Shown here: one piece after another, positions 1 through 13,571 of the stretch | Numbering within the stretch: the stretch's first letter is position 1 | How the letters are laid out: each line of letters starts with the position of its first letter | Origin: Lama glama | Lineage: Eukaryota | Direction: 5' to 3' | NCBI GenBank assembly: GCA_028534125.1 | Contig: CM052817.1 | Coordinates: 38,194,001-38,258,000, forward strand | DNA: 64,000 nucleotides | Notes under the pieces: model-generated | The model's database searches: none | Seen by the model: only the letters and a program-made list of their open reading frames with translations | What the model was told of the DNA's origin: nothing | Translations under genes and position numbers: made by a program

Positions 1-33
1 CTTGAAGTGTTTTCTTGCCTCCGTGTCTATATC

Positions 34-403
34 TGTATCAGTCAGGATAGGCTAAATGATGCTACACTAACAACCAGTTCCATAACAAAAATTATTTCTG
101 ACTTACACCATTGTCCACTGTGGGTCAGCAGGAGCCTCAGCTCATCATACTCACTCAAGGACCCCAATGTATGTTTCCAAAATCCCTGAGCAGTAGGAAG
201 GGCACATGGTGATCTGGACAGTGACACCTCAAACTCCTACCTGGAAGTGAGACACATCACTTCTGTTCATTTTTCATTGGCTAAAGAAAGTTACATGGCC
301 AAGAATAATTTTTTTTTTAAAAAAAGGGAAGGGGAGAAGTGTAAGTCTGTTATATGACCAGAGAGCTGAGAGCTGAAAATATCTGATGAACACAATTCAT
401 GAC
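34..403 (-). mobile_element. MaLR solo LTR, MLT1J/K-like
   Basis: Begins TGTATCAGTCAGGATAGGCTA (reverse complement of the MLT1 LTR end) and contains typical blocks CACTCAAGGACCC and GGAAGTGAGACACATCACTTCTG..TCATTGGC. Confidence 0.75.
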
Positions 404-659
404 TCAGTATTTTAACACATATAATTTCTTTTCTGGGGTCACCTTCATATCCTAACCATTTTTTTGTAGAGAGCAAGATTTTACATTATTGGCTCCTATC
501 TTTACCCTCAGATATGCATTTATGGTCTACATGAATATGCTACAGCAGCAGAATTTATAACACTGAAAATACTGATAAGGCAGTTGTTAAAAAATATTTG
601 AAGAAGACTGTGCAGATTCCTCAAATACGAACATTTAGTTCCAATCTATGTGCTTCCTT

Positions 660-693
<34 letters not shown>

Positions 694-1679
694 TTTTTGA
701 CAATTTGTTTTATACATTATTTCATGGTGTTCCTTTCTTTCTGTGATTCCTCACTTTTCTGTTGGGTTAAAAAGGGTGAAAAGAACAGAGTTTTGACTGA
801 CACTGAACTCTCAATATGTGGCACAAACCTGCCATTTGGATCTTACAGACCCTAGTAATAACACATGTTTACTGATTGAGGTTAAATGCTTGATATAATT
901 ATTTTTAGACTGGGTTTTCATTTTTTCCAATCTGCTTCATGAAGAACAAAATCATATGTGAAACAGTCACACTAAACTTGGCCAAAAACAAAGGGCTATG
1001 ACTACAGTGCCTGGAAGAATGCTTATTCATTATTCCCTAGACTAGCATATTTCTCAGTAGAGACAAGAACATATACTGTAGCCATGGAAAATCTGGGGAA
1101 CTGGAGCTCTTGAAAATACCATTTATGCTACATCAAACTTGAGCCCACTCAGGCAATGTAAATCTTTCCCATATGTGATGACTGCTTGTTGCCCAGATTC
1201 CAATTCTGAAAGAGACACTGAAAATATATCAAATACTCCCTTTTAATTTATACCAAGAGTCTGCAGCTGTCTTTATGCTTGCAGTTGAAAGAACAGTTTT
1301 CTAAAAAACTAGAAAAGAGAAATATTTCACTCTGGGAAGAGCAAAAAGATACAATCTTGTATTTCAGGTAAATTAAAACCATTTTCCTATCCCAGAGTAG
1401 ATCTAAATTTCAATAAAAATAAATTTCCCTTTAAATTGTACATAACAATAAAATTAAAGACAGTCTAAGTATACGCTATCTAGAATTTTGAATTGCATCC
1501 TAAAATTCTCAGTTTTGGCCCAGGATATTGTAATGGGGACCATTTTCATAACCCCAAATCAAGATATATGTGAGATAAGGAATGATCTATGCTGCTACAT
1601 GAGGTGCAAGAGGCAGTCTGAGAGCTGTTATTTAGTCAATGGATTGCCAAAATTCCCAAGGCATTTAAATGACTTAAAG

Positions 1680-1847
1680 AAGTGCTTTCAAATTGTGGTC
1701 CATGGACCACCTGCATCATTATCACCTAGAGTTTTTGTTAAAATACATATTTCAGGGCCCCATACCAAACTAACTGAATCAGACAGTCTGGGCGTAGACC
1801 CAGAAATCTGCTTTTTAAGTTCTTTAGGTGACTTTTGCACCTGCTAA
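1680..1847 (+). mobile_element. MER5A-like hAT-Charlie DNA transposon relic
   Basis: AGTGCTTTCAAATTGTGGTCC..GCATCATTATCACCT..GGGCCCCATACC..ACTGAATCAGA..CCCAGAAATCTG..AGGTGA follows the MER5A consensus order. Confidence 0.75.
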
Positions 1848-4800
1848 AAAATCTAATATTCAAGGAGTTATTGAGAGAAGACAAGAGAAAGGAATATTTA
1901 CAATCAGGGCATTGGAAGGCAGGCCAGAAATTCAGGCAAGGAAACATCCTTACTTAGACCTTAAAGCAAGGAGATATAAGAATCTAGTAGTCTTGGAAGA
2001 GAAAGTCATGGTTTAATAGGGCTTCCCAAGGGGATTTGGAAGAATCCTTAACGTTGCATCTCAGGAAAGGGAAAATCATAATCTCCAGCAACAGTTTCTA
2101 TAAGGAATGCATTGAGATGGCTGGCGCTAACTTCCCCATCACCTAAGACCAGGATAGGCACAACCCTGCAGAATACCTGGCTTTCTCTGGTTACCGATAC
2201 CTGTAATTTGCTCCTCTCTACTGCCATCTGATTCACTGCTAGCTCAGCCCTGCCCTGCAGATTTGGGATCTCCTATTGCAACCTGAGCTCTTGCTTTTTT
2301 GGTGTCTTAGTGCCCATCTAATGTCTCGTACCCAGATGCTCGAAAAGCCTGCATCCTGCTTTCCATTTCATTCTTAAGAAGAGTCCTATGCATGAACTCC
2401 AGCCAATCTGCTGACCCATTTCCCTGGAAACCAAAGCCTGCTTGACCTTTGTTGCATGCCTGTTCTTTGACTGCCGGCCATCCTGCTCTCTCTGACCGCC
2501 TGGATCTCATTTGCCACATCATAGTACCCCTGATGCTGATTGCTTCCCCAAATTATAGCCCAATGTTGTTAAGCCTGGCAGATGCCGTGTCTGGTTTTCC
2601 AGAAAAGATTTTTGTTCAGAGCCTTCATTTGCATGGAGTGGCACTCTCTGGTCCCACCCCCGTACACAAGCTTCTGCATATCACCCCCTCTCTGCACTCT
2701 GAGTAGCAGGAAACTGGACCATTGGGCCATATATAGGCAGTTACCAAGTTTTGGCCAAGAAATTCCATAGATGTCCCAGGGGACCAGTGAAAACCTAAAT
2801 AGGCCATGAGTAGGAAAATTCTCACATCAGTAAGTTAAGAACTCCTCAGAACTGAGAGCTTCATAGGGAAGTTCTTGGCAAGTACAAATTCAGCCTTTAC
2901 TCTTTGAGGAATCTGTAAACCCCTGAGAAAGCCAGTACGTGGTATTTTTCCTTTCTGTCCTTGATCTGTATGGAGCCCGAAGACTTGGAACAGATATGAC
3001 TTTGAGGGCAGCTTTGTTGTGCTTTAAGAACCTGGGTAAGGGTCACTCATTACCAGTATGGGCTCAGTTTATAAGGCACTTTCAGACAGGCAACAATCCT
3101 TCTGAGCAATTTACCAAAATTTCAGCATTTGCTCCGTGTCACTTAAGATCACATCAGTAAGGAACAGATAGATAACAGATGTTCCTGATCATTAGAGATC
3201 AGAATTTGGATGAAACAGAAACTAAAACATGGAGCTCTATTAAGCTGTCTAGGGTAAAGATTCTCCTTTAAGATTACTCTTTTCATCCCCTAATCCTCTC
3301 ACTTCTATGCTCAAGACCTACACAGGTCAAATCCTACACTTTGTCTTTCTTGCCTTGATCTCTCTCCAGCTTCAAAGAAAAACAAGTATAGTTTAGATTT
3401 TTAATAAGATTACAAACTGTTAGTTCCACACTGGCATTTTCTATAGTAACACAGACAAATAAGTAATTAGTTTAAGTAATAAAAAATATTTCTGTGTAAG
3501 GAAGAAATGGATGTTGGTCTACAGAGCCAGGTGTATAAAGGGTAACTTCCTTATTCTTTTATACTGTCAGGTGGCTGAAACTTCATCTTTGTTAATCCAG
3601 GGCCCTCACTGTCTGATGCTGTGGACATCTAGGCCTCCATGTCTGAGATGGGAGAGAGTGGGAATACGGTCCATGGCCATCATCTTCTGCACACGTGGGC
3701 ATCTCTGAGATGTTGATTTCTACCTTCCTTGTCTGTTCCTGGACCTTGGTCCACAGACCCTGGGATGAAGTCCTCCTTGTCCTGACCTATGGCTTTCTCA
3801 GGTTTGACTCTCATGCTGCTCCTTCTTTTCCCCTCTTGATTGCATTTAGGGCATGGGGATAAGCTGGGAGGCTGTTTTGGACATGTCTGATTACATACTT
3901 ATGTATAATGATGCAACACCACACAGAGCAGCACTAACAAGTGACTCTAGTTTTATACGCCGCATGAACTTCACATAAGACCAAGTCACAGGTTTTCAGG
4001 TCTGTCTCTCATGTACTTGGGTCAAGAGTGGGAGAGAGGGTGGCAGAACATGGAGCACTTACTTGGATGCTTACTATCCTCCAAGTATCTAAGATCTCTT
4101 TGCTTCCCTCCAATTTTTCCCTCTGGCCCCACTACCTTGAGAATCATTATCTGCTCTTGGGGATGAGGTAAAAGATCTGCTTTATTTTGTCATGGTTGTA
4201 GTAATTTAAACTTTAGATCCTGAGGATTTAAGAGTTAAGCTTTTTGAAACTCAAAATCTGTTGCAAACAAAAATATCCAAAGCATTTCTTTCTGAAGTAT
4301 CCTTTTCTGAGGCAATATTTATCATAAAACAAATGAGATTTGAGCAAATATAAGAGGATAGATCATGAACAAATAGCTTAAAATATTTCTTGGATGTCTC
4401 AGAACTGAGTCTCAGCCTCCATCATCTGAAGGGACTGCTGAAACTCTGGTAAATGGTGAAGAAGTTAAAATAAACAAGTTTAATAAAACACCTGACTGGC
4501 AAAATGAGTGACGTGGTAAAAAAAAAAAATAGCCATCTGCTTTATCATAAAATCTGAGAAAACATGAAATAAAATATCTGTAGAGCAAAAAGCTGGAATA
4601 TTTTACCCGGAGGGAAAAAGCAGCAAGCCCATGTTCTCCTGCCTTTGTCTTTCTACTTTCCAATTGACTAACCAGATGTCTAGTATGACAGGCTGGCCCA
4701 CCCTTCACCATATCCTTGTATGGGAGTACCTCACCTGGGATGTATGTCCTTTTGTAACAAGACTAGAGCAACACCCTGAATTCGGCTTGTGTACGTCAGA

Positions 4801-6700
4801 CACTGTGTTATACGCCAGCCACGCGCCTGTAAGACAAAGCCCCTGTTCCCCAGGAGGTTGCAGTGCAGTGGGGCTAGGGAAGTGGGCCAGTAAATAGGTT
4901 AAAATGCCAAGTGAGGGAAGCCACAGAAGAGCGCTGTGGGATTACAGCATAGGGATGGAGTCAGGGAGAGCACCTCAGAAGAGGTAATGATTTCTAGAAA
5001 GACAGGGCTGAGCAACCATAGTTTAGGCTGAAAGATCACCCATGTGTGCAGGTAACACACAGGGGAGACCGCAGAGATGCTGAAGCCGGGTGTGCACGTG
5101 AGAAAGTGGCAGAGGTGGTGACAAGCCTGAGGGGAGGGAGGGAGATGCTCACTCTTACCGAGTTAGTTATCCCACGCGTCCCCCGATATCTCTGTGTGTG
5201 TATGTTCATAAGAAATACAGTTTTTCATATTACAAAACTGCCATAACATAATGTTAGTACTTTCTGAAACGCACAAGTGTATCTCTGACACAGAGATTTG
5301 GTTCAGAGAGCACTGTGGTGCTTTGGGAGTTGCAGTTTGAGGATAAGCCATTAATATTTCATTATTCTATTTGGTATGTGTGTCACTAATTCCCATTTCG
5401 GGAGTTGAAGAAGTTTAAAGTCAAGTGTTTGGAAGGCTTTCCCTACCAAAAAGCAGTTCCTATGAATGAAAAAGAGGACGGGCCTCTAACATACACACTG
5501 GATTCCAACGATTCCTGCTGACGCAGAAAGACAAGGGAGAAGGGAAGAGAAGACTCGGGTTTATTTCTATGTGACATCAAGACTATTCAATGCAATTAAT
5601 ATTCCAAGAAGTTGCCGGCATATCTGCAAGGTAGATGCTCTTATAGAGGAAGCATGTTCTATACTTGCTCTATGATCATTGATAAGTCACTTGGCCTACT
5701 TTGGACTGTTCTGGTCATTTGAAGTACGTGGCTCAGTTACATCTTAAAGATCCCACTCAGCTTCCCTATGGTATGATTTATGCAGCTTCCATGTGTAAGT
5801 AATTAATGAGATGATTGAGGAAATGAAATAGTCACAGAACACTTTGATGCTAAGAAAGGGCCTAAGTCCTCTGACTGAAATAACTTAGCAGTCTCTGGGG
5901 AAAGCACTAACGGAGACAATTCGTGTAGCTTTCAGAAAACCCATATTGGATCCAAGGGCAAGAGGTCAGTGTATCTACCCAAAGTGACAGGCAAGAGTCA
6001 GTCTGGAAAAACTAAATTAACTGACTACCCTAGGATAAAATTATGGCGAAATAACCTTCCTGGCATACATCTGAAACCCCTTAATCATTACTCTGGAGCA
6101 TTTCCACTTAAATTTGACTATGTCACAGCATGGATTCTTAAATTCAAAGAAAGAGAAGCAGTTTGCAAATGAGGCAGAGAGTCTTCTGTCAAATACCCTG
6201 GGACAGATTTCTGGCTGCTCCAATTGTTTGCTTTGTGACTATAAGGTTGAGTCGTAAAGCACAAAGAAAGAAAATCACATAGAAACATTGAAAAGAAAAG
6301 TGTTTATTTGCATCATATAGTTTGTAGTTATTAAAAAAGAAGAAACACTTTGTTTAACTATTCTTGCTCTCCTTTCTTAGAAGGAAAAAAAAAAAAAGGA
6401 CAGAAGATGCTCTTGTCTCAAGGTGAAGTGAAGTACCTGCTTACCTTTTGTTTCCCCATAGTTTGCAATTGTGCCAAAGCCACTGGTATTATCTGGGTTT
6501 AACGTTCATGTAGATTTCTTCAAAAAACAAATTGAACTCATGAAGAATTAACCAATCGCTTTAAGAATAATTGGATTTCATTTTTTAAGACTGTTTAGTA
6601 TAAATCTAATGAAATGTGCTCTTTTGAGTACTGAATAAAGGAAGGCATGGAAAGTGCACAGCGCACTGGCTGGAATATGTGGGGTTCACTACATGTGAAC

Positions 6701-6835
6701 CATTATTGGAACCCTTGTTTCACATGAAAAAACTATAGCTTAGAACTATTCAGTAACTTGCATGTGATGGCACAGGTGAAATGTGCCAGAGCTGGGCCAC
6801 AAATTCTGAAATTCAATTTCATAGCCCTCACTCTT
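6701..6835 (-). mobile_element. MIR SINE fragment
   Basis: Degenerate CATTATT..CCCTTGTTTCACATGAAAAAACT..AGTAACTTGC..GCCAGAGCTGGG matches the MIR core in reverse. Confidence 0.55.
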
Positions 6836-7359
6836 AGCCGTCTACTAAGAACTCACTGAAAAGTTGGGGGAGAATATACATACATATCTCCTTTAAATTG
6901 CCAGCAGTGAGGACGGGTTGGAGTGGTATAGGATCGGAGCGATAAATTCTGAGCAAGATGGAGGCCATGAGATTGAAGAGAAAAAAATGCCAGGAATATG
7001 GAAAAACTGGAAAAATGCCAGTTTTTAATTCTATAATAACCATCACCTGGCTGTATAGGAAGTGAGGGAGGAGATAAAGATGAAGGGCTGGTCTGAGTGG
7101 GGGAGAGATATAGAGTCTGAAGCACTGGAATACCTGAGCCAGCATTGTATAGGAGGTTCTGACCAGCAGGGCAACTGTGTAAGGCTGTACAGCCAAGTTG
7201 GGGCTGAAATGCAGCCCAGTTTCCTGCCGAGTCAGAGATCCTGATATGAGCATTGTGCGTCCAGAGGAAGAGGACCTTTCTTGTAACTCGTACAAAGGCT
7301 GGTTCAGAAGGGGTCTTGCTGATCAGGTCTCTAGATTGGGCTTTAAATTGAATCTGTGA

Positions 7360-7760
7360 GACTGAATGTCATCTTCTGAAGAAGGTATAAACGGGGAAAT
7401 AAAACAAATACAGAGAAGGAAGTGGGAAGAAGACAGGAGCCATCTAAAGAGACTGAAGAAAAAATGAGGAAACCACAGGCTGGTACAAGATCCTGAATAT
7501 CACACAGCAGAAATATTTCCAGAAGGAGAGCATGACGGTAAATAGTAGGAATGGCAGAAAAAACAGAGGTGGGCACGGGAATAAGAAGCTGCTGGATTCA
7601 ACTCTTAATTCAGCCATCATTAGCCACCTCTGAGAGATATTTTTCAGTATTATGATAGAAATAAATGCCAAACTATCACATTTAAGGGACTTAAGGATTA
7701 AATCCAATAGCAAAGAGAAAGTCAGAAGGAGGCAAGGAAACAGAGACAGAAAATACAAAT
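7360..7760 (-). mobile_element. L2 LINE fragment
   Basis: Purine-rich GGAGCCATCTAAAGAGACTGAAGAA..TTTCCAGAAGGAGAGCATG pattern typical of antisense L2. Confidence 0.45.
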
Positions 7761-8224
7761 TTTTCTTGGCACTGAGAAGAGAGAACTTGGTCCAGAAAGT
7801 TGAGTGTGTGTATGCTTGCTTAGTGTAGCATATGCCTGAACATTGGTTGTGCCCTGAGGGAAAACGAGGATGCAGGTAAAAGGATATAATTTATGAAGCA
7901 GGGCCTGGCTTCATCTTCATAAATATTTTGTTTAAAAGTTCCATACTCACCCGTGGTGCAGGAAATGCTTTAGCAAGCACTCATTAATGAAATGACAGCT
8001 ACTCAAAAAAGTTCCCATAGCCCTTGTGTAATAAAGACTTCTGGCATGGAATCTTGAGTTCTTTCTTTAGTATGAGAACTCTTCCGTTCCCTGAGGATTT
8101 TCAGAGGATAGGGTACATGGTTGACCTCTTACTCAGACAGAAGGAAATTATGCTGTCACCTCTTGCTCCTGAATACATTTATCACACAGGCACTACTTCT
8201 TCCAGATGAATACGGAAATTTGAA

Positions 8225-8337
8225 AGCCGGAAGTCTGGATTCTAGATGAGTAATATTTCTGGACTTAGTTTCCCTACTCTGTAAAAAGAGGGATTTGGAC
8301 TTGCAAACCTCTAAGTCATTACAGCTCTAAAATAATC
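8225..8337 (+). mobile_element. MIR3-like SINE fragment
   Basis: CTGGACTTAGTTTCCCTACTCTGTAAAAAGAGGGATTTGGACT..CTCTAAG..CAGCTCTAA resembles the MIR3 core and 3' end. Confidence 0.6.
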
Positions 8338-11300
8338 AAATGAACAAAAACCATATGTACATAAATACTTATCCTTATTTTATTTATCACAAAACACACT
8401 GAAACAATATAGGTCTCCAACCATGGAGGGTGTATTCTACTATGCACGAAATAGCCATAGAATAGAATATTAGACAGCTGTCAGTTATTTGTTTTCCAAA
8501 GTGTTCTCAATAACATAGAATAAGTTGCCAATAAATGTTACATGAAAAAGGTGGAATCCAAATTTGCAGTGTTAAGCCAATTTTGTAAAAATAAGATGAA
8601 ACAAAATATTGATACCATATCATGTACACAGATACAGAAAGAAACCTAACTGCAGGAATTAATCTACTAGAAAGTGGAACTGGTGATAATAATTTATTTT
8701 CTTTTTATGTGGTCACTTTCTTTGTAACCATTATAATTGTGAACTCCCTTGTGAGTTATGAAGGGCCTTTTATATCTGAGGTTCACAAGAAGGTTGTTTT
8801 CACTTCCACTGTACTCGACTCTACATATAATGTTTTCAAGTGTGGAGAAGGAGGACCTATGGATGCCTTCTTCCCTGCTGGACCAGCACCGTGCTGTGCA
8901 GAAGGACCACAAAGACACCCTTGGTATTAACCACATTCAGAAGGAAGCAGGCTGGGGAGAGAAGCTACAGAAAAATGAAAATTGCTCCTTAGAATTTTTT
9001 TTTTGTTAGTTTGGAAAGATGACAGTGTTTGCCTAGATCTTTATAACTTACACAATCTTTGGAATTTTTAAAAATTTTAAGATCACCAAGATAATATTTG
9101 GCTTGTAAAACTGTCTTAGACTCAGCCACATGTATTTATTCTTCTAATTTCCTGCTGTTTTCTCCAGTAAAATTTAAAAAATAATATTAAGACATTCAAA
9201 TCTAGCAGCCTCTGCTTGTAGTAAATGTGTTATAAATTCCACAATACCTTCAGTAGAATAAACAAAACAACAAAGGGGTATAGGAGAGTAGCTGACACAG
9301 CCATGTCCTCCAACTCTACTTTTCAAATTATTATTGGCAATAGGCACCCGATGCTTTTTCTTCATAGCAATTTGTAGTTCCAAATTACTGCTTGCTAATA
9401 GCAGTTTCATAATTTATTAAATGGCATTGCTTAATTAAGTTTTCATGTTTTAGCTTGATCCAACAGTAAACTAAGTAACACTCCAATAATAAAATATGAG
9501 GTAAAGCATATGGTTTTAGTATTATTTTACTTGTTAATGTCCTTTTAAGTTATATTCATTCAACAAACACTTATTACATGACTAAGATGTACAAAAAGAA
9601 CCTTTATCTTTGACCAAATCACTTCTTAAATTGTCCCCAAGTACAAATTTAGTACATTAAACAAAGGCCAATATATAAGGATGCAGTTCAGTCAATTTGA
9701 GCATCTTTTCTTTTCCAAGAGGTTGTAATTGGAAATAAACTAAACATTTTTTATGAGAACAAAACAATTATTTCTTTCTCTGTTCAACAACTTGGGAAAT
9801 ACCAACAGCTTCTCTCCCCTGTTCACAATCTACAGCATTAAGCTTGACAGCCCCTTGGAAGCCATACATCTCGCTCACTGAATTCTAGTTCATGAGGAGC
9901 TAGCTCCTGAGACTTCTAGAGAATTCTCACAAGGATGTGTTAAGAAGGATCCTTATAAGGCATTATCAGTGAACACTGTGATGCATTAATTTATTTTAGT
10001 ATTTTCTCCCTTTACTAGTTTAAAAGCGTTTTATAAATAGAAGTCTTCCTAAGTGTTTATTCCTAATGGCATTGAATTTTCAGGAATTTTAAGTTTAGGT
10101 CTTGTGGTACTATAGTTGTATAAAATACAAATCTCTTCATATGTCAAATTTCTTAATTAGGCATGAATGTGAAAATTAAATTTTGATTAAACGGAAAGAG
10201 TCAAGTAAAGAAAAGCTTTATTGCACTGACTCAAAATGCTGTATATTCCATTTTGAAGAGTTGTGTTTCAATCAGAATATTATTTTATTTTAAAATAACT
10301 CATACTTTTAATTGAAAGAAGCAGGGAGCAAAAATAAGCAAAATAGCTACCTTTTAGACAATGTTTCAAAATTTAAGTGGACCCCAAGTTCACTGCTGCA
10401 GACAAAAGGCATCCTTAATTCATTGTGTCAAACAAAAAGAGTTTGTCATATCCACTACAAGATACTTTAACACCTGGGAACAATTTCTATGGTGATTAGG
10501 TGAAACTTGTTTTTAAAGAAATAGCTTAAGTTTTAAATGGGCCACTAATGCAAAAGGCCTCACAACGGAATTCTAGATAAAGCCCTATGATCAAGTAATT
10601 AGCAGTGGATTCTACTTAAATTTGGAATTTATAGTTGCCCTGGACTCACAGCTTCACGCCATCTGTCTAAATACCTAGTTTTAGTTTTTTTCTTGTGTAG
10701 AATAGGATTAATTATCAAGATCATTGAGAAACCAGTGATTCATTTTGCTCTGAAATGCACAACATAAAAAATATTGGAAGATAAGAAAATATATATTCAG
10801 CTACTAACTTCAATGCTTTCCAGTATTTTCAGCTTTAAAAAAACTTGCAAGTAAGAGAAGATGCAGTTAAAGAAACCAAGATGTCATTGAGACAGTGAGC
10901 CTTGCCTCCTTTTCTCCCTAAAGCATAATCTCCATGCAGAGGAACTGCATGGACTAGATGATGAGGGTCTTTATTTTCTCTCTTTCCTACAAAGTATTAT
11001 CATGCCACTTCCCAGACACACTTGCATGTGAACAGCATACGTGTGAATGGATGAAAATAAATACTTAGTACTAGGTTAATATTAATTAGTATTATATTCC
11101 CCTTGGGATTTAGTTAGTCACTGGCTCCTTGACACTTATCTCCAGTAACTTTATAAAAAGGAGAACAAACAGCACACTCTGTATCAGATGCTGTAATGAG
11201 GTAGCTATCCCAGAAGTACTTCCATGGCAACTTCTACTACAGAACACAACCCAGAACCTGGACACAAACCAAAAGTCTCCTCAGCACCTAAAATAGATGT

Positions 11301-13200
11301 CACCGTGTCTGTGCGCTTTGGCTCCGCACTTTCTTCGTAAAAGATTCTTTTGGGTCTTCGGATAAAGATGTTGCCTCTCATTCCTTCCATAATTTTCTAT
11401 AAACTAGATTGCTTTCTGGTCTTCTTGGACACGGCACTAAAGAAATAATAATTATAAAGGGGTAGTTGAGGTTGAAGAGAGTTGTGAGAGGAATGCAAAC
11501 TGTCCACACCAGTAAGTAAAGAAATCACACTTCCATGTGGATGGTGGACACAGAAGAAAAAAAAGTCCCATAAAAATAATACAACAATTTTTTAAAGCAT
11601 AATAATCATAAGACCTTCAGACATAAGAAGGAATAACCTTACACACCACAAAATAGGCCCTCACAAGTATCATTACATTATAGGATAATTCTGTAGTGTG
11701 TACCCATGACAAGAATGCTGAATAATTCAGAAAATGTTAAATTGAATTTAGTCCCCTCCAGAGAGAGATCAAAATATACAGTGGAGCTGAGAAAAGATAA
11801 CTCAATAAAAATGGCTAAATTCTTTCTAAAACTTTTGAATTTTTCAGTGGTAAACTTGTAAGCTTCACTTTTTGAAAAGTCCACAGATGGAGAACTCCTT
11901 AATTGTCTCTATTACTTGTTTATTGACCAGCAGCAAATATTACATATTAGCTAACCAGGCCTCTGGGGGAAGAGTGAGATCCCAGATGATAGGGGTACAC
12001 AGGGGTGTTTCTGTCCCCTCCCCTGCCATTGGGCAATTCCCCTTCTTCTGCTTTCAAAGTCCTTTCATAGCTCAGTGATTTGAAATATTATTGCAAATAC
12101 CATTCTTAGAAATGTCCCTTTAAGGTGGATGGGCTTGAACAAGATAAACTTCATTTTTTTTTAAAGCAGGCTTACCAGAATTTTTAAAAAATAAATGGAA
12201 ATAAAGGCAAGGAAGGGTTAAAATTAACAACTATAGAAGCCAAAACCCTAATTCAAAAATGTGTGTCTTCCAGGAGAGACCCATCAAGCTGTGATGAGGT
12301 CAGGGAGCCTCAACTAAGCCAGTCACAGTGCCCGGAGCTGCCCTGTTTTGGTCCTCTTATCTGATTGGCTCTATATTGGTTCTATACTTCTAGCTGGTGA
12401 TGCATTAACCAATCCTCCCCACACCCCTAGTCAAGAGCATTCTGTACACTCTGTAATGTTAAAGCATACCCGTCTTTATTCGACATGAACAATAAAACAT
12501 TAAAACCACCCGTGACAAGAGGCATCAAAGGACAATGCTAAGCCAAGCTTCAAAATGAAATAACCACAACAATTATTAGGTCCCTGAAAACAAACAAAAC
12601 AAAACAACACAAAACAAAATCTTACCAGCTCCATCCCTCAACAGCTACAAAACAATACAGCGAAAGAGCTAAGATATTTTAGTCTTTTCTCTCAGAATAG
12701 AGGCGAGGTGAAGGGAAAAGTTCAAAGGAACAGCATACTTGTGCCCGAAACAAATGAACCCTGAAGGAGATTTCAATGAGTAAAAAACAGTACCTTATAA
12801 GTAACTGGTCTTGTCTACTCACAGCTGTTTCCAGTGCCGACTCTTGTTTAACTGTCTACTGACTTCAGTTTAAAGTTAATTCTGTTGGCAAAAAAGTACA
12901 GAGCTTGTCTGGAAAATGCTGTTTGGACATAAACCATTCCTCTCAAAGCAGTGATGTCTGTATTTAAGTTTTCTTGTAGAGGGGGATAGAAACCCTTCCT
13001 GCAGCTAATTTTCTTCCTCCTCCTTCCTCTCAGACTTAGTCAGTATCCTCCTATCCCATATATTGAAGAAAGAGACAGAGAGGGAAGAAAAAAAACTGCC
13101 AGGAAATATACCTTAAATAATGTAGTATTTGAGCATTTAGAAAAAGACAAAAAAAAAAAAAAAAGAAGAAGAAGAACAAGAAAGAAGATGAAGAAATGAG

Positions 13201-13385
13201 AACCATAGAAAGCACATCAGGAGCTTTAAATATAATTTAGTCCAATGCCCTCATTTTACAGAAAAGGAAACTGATGCCCAGAGAAAACATGATTTGTCCA
13301 AGGTCACTCACATGGTTAATTCGTGTCAGCTAGAATAGTTACTAGCTTTCACAACACCCAATTCAATGCTATTTCTACTATGCTA
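13201..13385 (-). mobile_element. MIR/MIR3 SINE
   Basis: TAGTCCAATGCCCTCATTTTACAGAAAAGGAAACTGATGCCCAGAGA..GATTTGTCCAAGGTCAC is the reverse MIR core. Confidence 0.8.
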
Positions 13386-13507
13386 GTAAACCTGAGGGGA
13401 AATGGTTTACCTTGTTCCTCTGTATCCTTGTGTGACACCCAGATGAATTAGCATGGAACAGTAACACAATTACAATGTGAGAACCATCTGTTCTCAGGGG
13501 GAAAAAA

Positions 13508-13571
13508 AATTCCCTCCACTTTAAAATCCTTAATAGTGAATTCCCTCCACTTTAAAATCCTCAATAGTGAA
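13508..13571. repeat. 31-bp tandem duplication (2 copies, 1 mismatch)
   Basis: AATTCCCTCCACTTTAAAATCCT(T/C)AATAGTG at 13508-13538 and 13539-13569. Confidence 0.95.

Noticed and set aside
1890..2760. Possible ancient LTR-like relic (similar texture at ~7090-7330 and ~15120-15340)
   Set aside because: I could not assign a family or boundaries by eye.
6834..7295. 153-aa minus-strand ORF
   Set aside because: Non-ATG start and no recognisable similarity; within chance expectation for 64 kb over six frames.
11197..11270. let-7-like start TGAGGTAG
   Set aside because: Only the first 8 nt match; no mature let-7 sequence or pre-miRNA hairpin.
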